NCBI RefSeq assembly: GCF_006345805.1 | Contig: NC_042997.1 | Coordinates: forward strand, 95,790,001 to 95,854,000 | Source of the DNA: Octopus sinensis | Taxonomy: Eukaryota | DNA: 64,000 nucleotides | Direction of reading: 5' to 3' | Shown: positions 40,401-51,390 of the stretch, one piece after another | How the letters are laid out: each line of letters begins with the position of its first letter | How positions within the stretch are numbered: position 1 is the first letter of the stretch | Notes under the pieces: generated by a model | What the model saw: only the letters and a program-made list of their open reading frames with translations | Database searches by the model: none | Told to the model about the DNA's origin: nothing | Program-made: the position numbers and the translations under genes

Positions 40401-41093
40401 CGCTTCTAATTGCCTCTTCTAGCTTCTTAACTAGCTCACCCTCTACTCTATTTCTATCTATGGCTAGTGCTTTGCTGTACCTAATCGCTTCTGCTTTTAC
40501 TGCTCTCTTGAGGGCAAACCACCATTTGTTGTTGATGATGGCTCCCGTCAAAGCCCTCTTTACTAGTGTGCTAATCCGGTCTCTGAAAACTTGTCTGGAC
40601 GGGAATGATGCGTTCAGTTTCCAGTACCCAGGACCCTGTCTATGTGCCTTATCTAAGTCTAGCGTACACGTCACCAATTTGTGATCCGTGTAGCTGACTG
40701 TGTGGAATTGTGGACATCCTAAGTTATCCTTGTCTACTGTCCTACACAGTATCCTATCTAGATACGATCTCGACGACCCACTGCGGTTGCTCCATGTCCA
40801 CGTTGGTGCATTTGGGTGGTCGAGTCGGTACCTGTCAGACAGTTGGAATCGTCTGAGCAGGTCTCTGAGGCATTTGCATCCCCTTCTGTTTCTGTCTCTA
40901 CCCACGTAGTCTACATGCGTGTCCAAGGTAGCATTCCAATCCCCCACTAAGAGTAAAGGACGAGACGTTCCCAAGAATACTTCTAGACGTCGAAAGAAAT
41001 CCGCCCGACCTGTTAAGGGCGGTGCGTAGACTGATACGAGTCGAAAAGCGCACCCATTGCTGCCGTCAACATCCAGAACGATCAGTCTACCCT
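37476..41093 (-). mobile_element. Second Tx1-group LINE, 5'-truncated within the APE domain, in (GATA)n
   Basis: Same 3' terminus (CCCTGTGTGGCTAATAAAGAAAC) and highly similar ORF2; GATA repeats at both junctions. Confidence 0.92.
38032..41092 (-). CDS. Tx1 ORF2 fragment, open for ~1020 codons
   Basis: ORF 38032..40974 (980 aa) extends upstream to the truncation; a 1-nt frameshift in an A-run near 38040 separates the last ~35 aa (37925..38131 frame). Confidence 0.88.
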
Positions 41094-41384
41094 AGATAGA
41101 TAGATAGATGGATAGATAGATAAGGATACAAATCTATATCAGAATTTATCAAGTAGCCAGCGTGAAAAACCAATTAAGGACAAAATTAATACAAAGTATA
41201 TAACTTCTCCTTTAAATATAAATACATTAGTCATATTAAGAGCTATTAGTATAATAAACTACTTTAATTAACATATTTATTGAAGTAGTTTGACTTTAGA
41301 GTCCCATTACAGCGTGAGGCGTTTACTTACAGTAATAGCCCTTATTTTAATATAAATATTACAATATATAATATAATATATAGA

Positions 41385-41418
<34 letters not shown>

Positions 41419-41419
41419 A

Positions 41420-41629
41420 TAGATGGTTGGGAAAAAGTCACCTAATAGTAAATCAAAATCATTAAATTCCAGATTTGAATTTAACAAAAACATCTAAATA
41501 TGAATAATCATAAAAATTGTTCAAACTGAAGTCATTCTTGAGCGATACCTTTTTTCATTCGAGTCAATACAGGATTTCATATAGGTATGGAATTTTGATT
41601 TACTGTCGGGTGACTTTTAGCTAACCCTG
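41420..41629. mobile_element. Tc1/mariner-type MITE
   Basis: ~38-bp imperfect TIRs (AAAAGTCACC..A.AGTAAATCAAAAT), TA on both sides. Confidence 0.7.
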
Positions 41630-41679
<50 letters not shown>

Positions 41680-41789
41680 TTCAACATGTGATCTCGCGTA
41701 GTATCGATCGCAACAGCCGATGTACTTGCGCGTACAAATGAACGTTCTCACAGCTTTATCGATCGAATGTCTTTCAACATGTGATCTCT

Positions 41790-42003
41790 TAAGCACCACC
41801 AGCTCAAATATTTTCTCCTCTGTCTTCCCTCCTTGGGACCTTTCCTTCTCCTTGTTTCCAACGAAGAGCTCCGCTCGAAACGTTAAATCTTCCTTCCCTT
41901 CTTTCCTGAGCGTTAATAATACTTTAATTGTTCCACGTCCTGCGTTGCTGTGTTTTTTTCTCTTTTTTTCTCTTTTTTTCTGTGTTTTCTTGTTTGGATT
42001 AAG
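41790..42003 (+). mobile_element. Solo PLE pLTR fragment ending in (TA)n
   Basis: Hammerhead-like fold plus TTCCTGAGCG..TAATAC motif. Confidence 0.6.
41854..41888 (+). ncRNA. Minimal hammerhead-like motif with damaged core (U4C, G5A)
   Basis: GTTT/AAAT stem I; CCAACGA; A; GAGC-tcc-GCTC; GAAA; ACGT; H17=U. Confidence 0.5.
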
Positions 42004-42058
<55 letters not shown>

Positions 42059-42063
42059 ATATA

Positions 42064-42580
42064 TACGAGCAAAACGCCCCCCGTCCACTGGACGCTGCTG
42101 AGCTGTCAAACATTTAATCTTGTCCGGCCGTTCTATAGGCCTCCCCTCTGAGAAACACTGACTTAACCTAAATTTGATACACCAGCAACAGAAGAAATAT
42201 AGATAGACTACCTTCTTTCATGCCAAGTTTGAAGAAAATATCTCTTTTGCATCTTATTGTTTTAGTCTCTTAAATATGCTGCATTTTGTGGTAGTATTTC
42301 AAACCAGGCGGATTTTTTTTCGCAAACTGCACGTGTATTTTTCTCGTGTACGCGTAGTATCGATCGCAACAGCTGATATACTTGCGCGTACAAATGCACG
42401 TTCTCACGGCTTTATCGATCGAATTTTCACCTGGAATCAATTTTTGTAATTTTTTCAAGACTTATACATGCCCTGATATCGTCGGTATCTACATATCGAA
42501 TTTGAGCGCAATCAGATAGAGGATGCCCGAGATCCTAGAAGATACACACACAGACAGGCAGAATGGATTATATATATATA
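42064..42580 (+). mobile_element. Helitron-like non-autonomous element (Lep1/HINE-like)
   Basis: TACGAGC start, CACACACAGACAGGCAG...TTATATATA end. Confidence 0.4.
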
Positions 42581-43194
42581 TATATGCACACATACACACA
42601 CATATATGTATGTATGCATGTATGTATTCCTTCATGAGTTTATAACCTGTAGATGAATATCGATGTGTCTATTTCCTGGACTGTTCTTAAAATATTCTTT
42701 GTTATGATTTTATATATTCGTATCAATATCAGGATGCACTTGAAATAAAATATTTATTGGTTAGCATACACGTATGTAAAAGAAATTTCCTGTGTCTCTC
42801 ACGTAGAGGAATGTAGAACAGCAATCAAAAGATCATGATTAAGAACTAAAAGTTTTCTAAATAGAAGGTTAATACTGCTATAGAAAATATTGATTTTTAC
42901 AAATACTGATTAACAACAAAAGCGTGTTTTCGAGAAACACGTACTTCATTATAAGTTTTCGTGTTGAAGTTGTTGTTGCTTTATTTTATAGTTTTGTCTT
43001 TGTTGAACTTCTGGTCAACCCTAATCGGATTGTGAAATGCTAGTTGTGACTGTCAGAAAATCCTGATTTAAGCAATCTCTACTTATCTAAATGATGTATT
43101 GTGATTGTTCATGGTAATTTGTGATATTTGGCGTTAGAGTCGTATTTGGGCACGCAGTTTCCTGAGGTCAAATCGCACTGATGTCAATGTATGA

Positions 43195-43400
43195 GGTGAG
43201 CTAGGAGAATTAACAGCACGCCGGGCAACTTACTACAAAGCATTTCGTCCGTCTAAACGTTCAGAGTTCTAATTCCGCCTAGGTCGACTTTGTCTTTCAT
43301 CCTTTCGGAATCGATAATGTAACTACTAGTTGACCACTGGGGTCGATATAATCGATCTACTCTTCCCCCAAAATTGCTGGCTCTGAAACCAATTTGAAGC
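43195..43400 (+). mobile_element. SINE family B
   Basis: GAGGTGAGCTAGGAGAA head, GAGTTCTAATTCC, GTCTTTCATCCTTTCGGAATCGATAA body. Confidence 0.7.
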
Positions 43401-43771
43401 TAATATATAAAGTATTGTTTCAGCTTTCTCCCCCTTTCTACCCCCGCCCTTCTCTCTTTCTCCCTCTGAAAACGTATTAAGTAACCATTCACATGGAGAG
43501 ACAAGCGACAAATTCTCATACAATATCAAATATGTTATTAGAACATCCAAGAATGAACCGTTGTATATTATAGAACGAGTCGGTAATAAAGGAATGTTAT
43601 GATCTGAAGGATGTCTCGCTGCTCTGTCACGCGGCTCGAGTGACCGAGCAGGCGTTTTATTATTGCTCTTGTGATTGCTCGTTTTGTTGTAATTTTTCAT
43701 GTTATTTTTCATGTTGCTATTGTGCAATTTCATTATTCATTTTATTTGCTATTTCTCTTTCTTTTCTTCAG

Positions 43772-44036
43772 ATTGATATAGATCAACTGTCGTCCGTAAA
43801 AACTTCCTGCCAGCAAAATTTGCGTGACTTGTGTAAGCTGTTTAAAAAAGAATTCAATATAGATGTGGGTTCGATTAATATCCCTGACCTAGACAAACCA
43901 TTGTATTCCGGATCGATAATGTCTCTTTACCTTTCATCACTCAACGAATCAATTCCGGAGAAATCATTTCAAGACGAAGACTTCTGGCGAAAACTCATTT
44001 CCAAATCCATTTTGCGAAACAACGAAGAAGAACTAA
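43772..44036 (+). CDS. Exon 2 of chitin-binding/mucin-like protein
   Basis: Acceptor TTTTCTTCAG|ATT at 43772 (phase 0); open frame IDIDQ...EEEL; donor A|GTGAGT at 44037 (phase 1). Confidence 0.8.
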
Positions 44037-44507
44037 GTGAGTTTTCCTATTTTCTTCTTTGTTTTTGTTTTTTTCCGTCAGGCATTATTAACATTAATGT
44101 TGGAGTGTATACAGACAAGCTGAATCTTTAAAGCATCGGACAAATACTTTGTGGCATTTAGTCAGGCATGATTTTTCCCCATTTTGCTTTCAAGTGCTGC
44201 TGTAGCAACATTTGTATTTCATCATTCTGTGGTGGTAACCTTAAGTGGAAATCAGATTTGGACGATTCAATCTAATATGCCCTAAATTCAAACCTTCTTC
44301 TCCGTGATGATAATTAAAATTTGTATTAGTACTAAATTCTCAAAAAGGGGACTTTACGGTGTGAATCATATAAGAATCTTGAAACATTCTTTTTTAATTA
44401 TATCACTATTCCACTATTTAAAACGAGAGAATGAGAGCATTCATTGACAGTCTTACAGTGATTGAATCTCTGCCTACCAAATAAAAAATACTTCGAGAAT
44501 TAATAAT

Positions 44508-45043
44508 GGTTTCAAATTTTGGCAGAGGGACAGCAAGTTCTGGGAGAGGGGTAAGTTAACAGCATTGACGCCAGTGCTCAATGATTACTTCTTTTATCGA
44601 CTCCGAAAGGATAAAAGGCAAAGTCGACCTCGGCGGACCTTGAACTCAGAACATGAAGACGAACGAAATGCTGCCAAGCATTTTGCCCGGCGTGATAATG
44701 ATTCTGCTAGCTAGCCGCCTTACGCAGAGAATTAATAATCCTTTCTACTAAAGACACACGACATTGAAAATTTGAGTGAGTAGGCTAGTTGTTTAGATCG
44801 ACCCCAGTGTGTCGCTGGTACTTAATTTATCGACCCCGAAAAGATGAAAGCTAAAGTCGGCCTCGGTGGAATTAACTCGCCGCCTTTAACTCCAAGAATT
44901 AATAATCCTTTCTACTATAGGCACAAGGCCTGAAAATTGGCGGGAGGAGGCCAGTCGATTAGATCAACCTCAGTATGCAACTGGTACTTAATTTAATCGG
45001 TCCCAAAAGGATGAAAGGCAAAGTCAACCCCGGCGGAATTTGG
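44508..45043 (-). mobile_element. Three tandem SINE family B copies
   Basis: Copies at 44508-44722, 44740-44888 and 44907-45043, each bounded by (G/A)AGAATTAATAAT. Confidence 0.8.
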
Positions 45044-45599
45044 TTCCGAGAATTAATAATATCATTAAGTTTCAACTTAAATTACAAAGACACACACACA
45101 CGCATACTAACACACATAAGCACACGCACACTCACGCACACACGAACACACGCACACATGTATATATATATTAACAACATGTATTAATCATTTGTTTACA
45201 GTGGTAAAATATATGTGATGCTCTTTAGTTCACTTCCTCCATCAAATCTACGCCGCCTGAACAGGTGCACTGTGTACCACACGTCAGGTTTCAAAATGAT
45301 CGCAGAGTAACGTAAGGCGCTGTGTGTTGCTCAAAATCATACGATATCATTCGATACAGGAATTGAAACCACACCCCAACAATATCTCGACCAACACCCT
45401 AACCACTAAACTACGATCCCACGACACACACATGCATACACGCACACACATACATGCATATACAGGAAATAATAGTTTATAACAACTAACACTCTATTCA
45501 CTTTCTTTGCTAAATACCTATACATTAGTCTTGTCTACATTTAACTATGATGAATTACATTTTTATATTCTTATTTTCATTGTTTTCTTTAAATTTCAG

Positions 45600-48211
45600 C
45601 CCCGGAAGTCTATACTAAAGACAATCTTTTGTATAAGCAGTATTTGAAAACTATTTGTCGTGAGAGAACAGACGGTGTCCATGCAAAAACCTTACCCCAT
45701 CCTGATCCGAGAAAGTATATCCAATGCTTAAAGTCATCAGACTACTACGTGAAACGCTGTCCGATTGGTACATTCTGGTTGCAAAAAAGATTGACTTGTG
45801 TTCATCGAGAGGACGATACAGACACCACTCAACAGGATACAAATCTGCTACCGAAGAAAACTCGCCCCGCTATGAAAATGCCAGCTTTAAAGACTTTTGC
45901 CAATCCTTGTACGAAGGAAACGTTTGATAATGGAAGATTATACTTTCCGCATTCTGACCCTACCAAATATATTCAGTGTGTAGATATTGGTTCATATATA
46001 GTGAAAGATTGTATCCCAGGAAACAGTTGGTTTCAGAACGAAACGATGTGCTTAAATACATCAGAACATCTACGTCAGAAATATAGAAGTTTGATTTTCA
46101 AGACAACTTTGCACGACAACCTCGGAAAAACTACCCTAAACCCTTTGGTCAACATATTTAAGCATCTTTGTACCAAAGCTGCTATAGCAGCCAAACGTCT
46201 TTATTATTCTCATCCCAACCCAAAGAAATTTGTCGAGTGCACAGGTGTGGGTTTATATGTTATTAGAAGTTGCGCCTCTGGTAAATTTTGGTCAAAGAAA
46301 GGTGATACGTGTATACATAATTATTATCCATCTACTCAATACTTGCCAACTAGAAGGCATCTGACAAACATCTATGGTTCTACAATATATTCATCAAATA
46401 AGCAGGGCAATCCGTTCAATAGGCCGGCTACATTACCCATGACGACTATGAAAGAAAAATTGCATTACACAACATCCTTGTCAGGCAAATCAAAAATACC
46501 GATGCATTACACAACTGCAAGGTCTTTACCAAAAAGGACACAGAAATCAAGGCACCAGCCTCCTAACAAACCAAGATATACAACCTCAAAAATGTTTACT
46601 GACATTCCTACAGCAACAGCGAAAGCAATCCCTACTTATTACTCAAGACCCGCAAATAAACCCAGCACGAAAGCAATGAAACACTATACTGAGAGAATGG
46701 TAATGACAAGAAAATCGAAGTTTGATAGATATTTCAAGAAATTTGACAGTAGCCTCTGTACAAAAGAAAATATTGCTGCTGGCTTGAAATATTTTGCGCA
46801 TCGATATCCGACTATGTATTTTGAATGCATAGCCCCAGGAAAATTTGTAAGGCGAGATTGTCCAAGATTATTCTTTTGGTCTCAACCTGATAAGAAGTGC
46901 ATACCGCCAAGAATAACGCTACCTCGAATAAAACCGACCACTACCACCCCCATCCCCACCACCACCACCACCACCACCACCACTACAGCTACAACAACAT
47001 CAATAACAACACCAGCATTCACAACTTCCCAAAGGAATCATAGAACATCTAAAATTACCTTACCTCCCCGTTTCAAAAACCCTTGTACGAAAAAAGCAAT
47101 AGCCGCTAATAAGTTTCTTTTCCGTCACCCTAATCCACGAATGTTTATCCTATGCACATCAAGGGGAAATTATTATATAAAACAATGTGGCAAGGATGCT
47201 GTATGGTTTCAACCTAATCGTACGTGTCTTTATATGTCCAAAGATCGATCTACTAAACCTACAAAAACAACTACTTTTAAAATTTCCCCAAAGCATGGTA
47301 CAGTGAAACGAGCTTCTTCAAACACATTTGAAACTTATTGCACTAAAGAGAATTTAGAATCACGTCGTCAATACTTTCCGCATCCTGAACCCAATAAATT
47401 CATACTGTGTACGAACCCAGGGACTTACATTGTAAAAGAATGTCATTACCAAGCTTTATGGTCACAGGCAAACCTCACATGCATAAGTGAAGAACAGATG
47501 AGCACACCTAAAACGACGACAGTCAAATCTACTGTCTCAACCACAGTCAAAACCCCAACTTTACAAGTTTACAATCCTTCCCTGCTCAATAAGATTAAAA
47601 ACCCTTGTACAAGAGAAAAAATTGCTGCCAATGTAATGTTTTTTGCCCACCCAGATCCTCAATATTATGTTCAATGTACGACCCATGGAACATATTTTGT
47701 TAAATCGTGTGACAATGGTACACTATGGTCACAAGCAAATCAAACATGCATACATAGATATTCACATCACACGATAATTCAACAAGAGTATGGTGGTATG
47801 AACACTGGTAGGAGTTTATGTACAGCAGAAGCATTGGAAGCAGGTGCAGGCTACTTTGCACATTCGGACCCAAGAAAATTTATTCAGTGCACTGTACCGG
47901 GTTCGTACGTACTAAGAAACTGCTCTCCTGGAACTGTGTGGAACCAACATGAGATGGACTGCGTATTCGGTGCTTCAATACATCATGTATTAACAAGTCA
48001 ACTTCCGGATACAACAAGTAAGGATGATAATGAAGAAGTAGAATGGGGGCACTCACCTCATTCTAATCCATGCACGAGGGAGTTATTTAAAGCTCGTTTC
48101 GCTCATCCTGATAAAACCAAATATATTCAATGTTCCAACTGGTATAATTTTGTTACATTGAAATGCAATCCAGGAAAAGTTTGGTCACAACAGCTCTATA
48201 ATTGTATCTAA
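45600..48211 (+). CDS. Exon 3: nine 4-Cys chitin-binding type-2 (CBM14/peritrophin-A)-like modules with Thr/Pro-rich linkers
   Basis: Acceptor TTTAAATTTCAG|CC at 45600 completes ACC with the phase-1 A of exon 2; modules of the form CT.E.I.A..YF.HPDP.KFIQC...G...C..G..W.Q....C; stop at 48209-48211. Confidence 0.9.
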
Positions 48212-48498
48212 AACCCTATTTTCAAAAATAATTCCTAAAATTATTTAATCGTAGAAGAAAACGTTGTTAATAATTTAAAGTTTAAGCTTTGTAGCCATCT
48301 AAGAAACTTTTAACTATGTATTATATTTTCAAATACTATGTTGAAATATTGGGAACCGTTGCTAGAAATATCTCTTTTCTTTCGCTACTTTTTTTCTTTA
48401 TTTACTAATACCTTTTTACAGTATCCAGCTTTCATTTTAGTCATGGAATTAAGACACATTAAACAGGGTTAATGTGACAGTTATCTAATTTTATCAAC

Positions 48499-48509
48499 AA
48501 TAAAATAAA
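48499..48509 (+). terminator. Candidate polyadenylation signals (overlapping AATAAA)
   Basis: AATAAAATAAA ~290 nt after the stop codon. Confidence 0.4.
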
Positions 48510-49519
48510 ATTTGATTTAGGACTTTGTATATGATTATATGTATAAGCACCATATGTCAACGTTCTTATGAATTTTCCAATAAAATTGTCAGCCTTCTTT
48601 GTTTCCAATCTTCCTCATTGATTCTTTTCATTTGCACCTGTATAGCTGATTATATTAAGACATTGCATATGAGCATCATCAATATAGAAAGTATCATAAA
48701 CATGAATATTGTACTTAGATAGGAAGTATGGCCCTAATCTATCACTATATTCATAACTAGTAAAACTTTACGTTTCCTTTTTTCATATATAGACGATACG
48801 TAATATTAAAAAATAATAAAAACACATGGTACAATGAAGTGGAGCAAAGATAAAAACAATTATCAAGTGAAGAAAAAATAATGGCTTGGAGTGTTTCATT
48901 ACTAGGGCGTGTATTCTTCCACTTACCGAACCGAAATAACTAAATACCTGTAAGTAATATTCCACTAGTAATTTACAATGTAGTTTACGAGGACACTTTA
49001 ATTTGTAGTTAATTTTAGCAAAGCGGGAATGCTCAGCTAGCTAAACAATATTCATGTATTACTTATAGAATATGATCGTGAAGGTAATCAAAACGAGGCA
49101 CCGTTTCTTGAACGACAAATACATTTAGGACACATGTTTTTAGTTGTTATTGGTTTTTCCGTTTCACATCGGAAGAAGATATTTCTATTCAAAAGCATTC
49201 TAGCCATGACGATTTGGTCTTTTTCAAGATTCCGTAAACTCCGAACATTACCCAATGTGTCATTCTGAAATGCAGTATATTTTCACATGAACATCTTTAG
49301 CTAGTATTATCCATAGGTTAAGCAACCACCTAAAATTCATCGCATTGGAAGGTACTTTCTCATTGGCACACGGAAAATAGTCACGTTGGCTTACTAGAGG
49401 CTCCACCGTTGTCTCTCTAGGTCTTCCATAATTTCTCTCTATAATCTGTTTACTCACTTTTTAGATATTAAGTCAGCTACAGTTGGCTCGTCCTGTATGA
49501 GTTTGTTGTATTATAAAAT

Positions 49520-50037
49520 ACTTGCTTTTCAGCCATATGCTTCTGGGTTCAATGCCACTGCGTGGCACATTGAGCATTCATCTTCTAGTATGGCCTCGGG
49601 CCGATCAAAGCATTCTGATGGATATATGTATCACATGTTTGAGTCATTAGACTGTGGCCATGCTGGGGCACCGCTTTAAAGAATACGTTAGTCGAACCAA
49701 TCGATCCAAGTACTAAAATGTTTTCAGTACTGGTATTTAATCTATCGGTTTCTTTTGCCGAACAGCCAGGTCAGGGATACACAAGTATACCAACATCGGC
49801 CACCGAACGGTGGTGGAGGACAAACACACGCATACATGCGCGCGCATACACACACGTTGTATATATATTTTGGTATTTTCTACCTTGACTTTTTTCATTA
49901 TATATATATCTATATGTATGTGTATATATGTATGTGTATATATATATGTATGTGTATACATATGTATATATATATAATAGAAGAAACCTATATGTATGTA
50001 CGTTTGTATGTATGTAGTACGTCTGTATGTATGTATG

Positions 50038-50068
<31 letters not shown>

Positions 50069-50320
50069 GTATTTATGTATGTACGTATGTATTTATGTAT
50101 GTCTGTGCCTCTTTGTGTTTGTGTTTGTTCCCAACCACCGCTTAAAAAAGCGGTGTCAGTTTGTTTACGTCAACTATAACTTAGCAGCTCGATAAAAAGA
50201 GACCGATAGAATATTAGGCTAAATAAATATTAAGTTCTGGGATCGATTTGTTTAACTGAACTCTTGAAGGTTGTGCTCCTCCGTGGTCACATTCCAATGA
50301 CTGAAACAAGTAAAAGACAA
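49520..50320. mobile_element. SINE family C (+) interrupted by an antisense family C copy and microsatellites
   Basis: Head 49520-49620 (+), minus-strand tail 49630-49830, plus-strand tail 50100-50320. Confidence 0.6.
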
Positions 50321-50994
50321 ATTCTAAAAGATTATTTTGGTTGCGATATCTGTTTTTGACGAAAGTGAAATTGCTTCCTGAATACTCAGCTAATGAATTT
50401 GAACAAATATGTAATTAGATTAGTTATCCTAAGGATCATTTATAAACCTAGCTGGAAATCATTAGAGGAGAGGAAAATACAATAAAATTTTAATCATTTA
50501 CTACGATATTCTTTAATAATTTCGCGAAGAATGGAAGAAAGTAATTTAATCTATTTTAAAGAACATGTTGTTCTGATGTAGTAATAGCTTCACTTTTATA
50601 TTTTTTGCCAAAGAAGTTGAAATAAATTTTGTCAATGACTAACTAGTGACCTTAAATTTTAATAATGTAATTATTTTCAGATAGCCTCTCTATATATAGA
50701 ATTATTTTCAGATAGCTTCTATATTCAATAAACAGGTTAAAATCAATTTTAAAATTGCTTTTCATGCAGATGGAGTCTAGAGAGAATTTTATCTTATATT
50801 TCGCTTTATTCCACTTTTCTTCTTTTTTTCTGTTTCTCTATTACTTTTCAAATGATTTCATGTTTTTTTTCTTTTTTCCTAATTTTGTCTCCATATTTCA
50901 CATTTATTTGGTTTCCTTTTAACTTTCTTCGTCAATCTGTCTCCCCTTCTCACAGTTCTTCCATTTTTACTCAATAAAGCAATTACATGTAACA

Positions 50995-51390
50995 CTGATT
51001 TCAAATTTTGGCACAGGGCCAACAACATTAGGAGAGGGATAAGTCGATTGCATCAACTGGTACTTATTTTATCAACCCCGAAATTATGAAAGGTAAAGTC
51101 AACCTCGGCAGAATTTGAACTCAGAACATAGCAACGGACGAAATGCCGCTAAGTATTTCGCCCAGTGTGCTGACAATTCTGGCAGTTCGCTGCCATTACA
51201 AATACAAGTAATATTGGTATGAAATTTTGGCATAAAGCTAGCAATTTCCGGGTTGAGGTTAGTCGATTACATCAACCCGTGTAGTCAACTGATACTTATT
51301 TTATCGACTCCGAAAGGATGAATGTCAAAGTCGACCACGACGGAATTTGAATTCAGAATGTAAAGACGGTCAAAATGCTTGCAGCCTTAA
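50995..51390 (-). mobile_element. Two tandem SINE family B copies
   Basis: Two AAATTTTGGCA...GGAATTTGAA.TCAGAA units. Confidence 0.7.
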
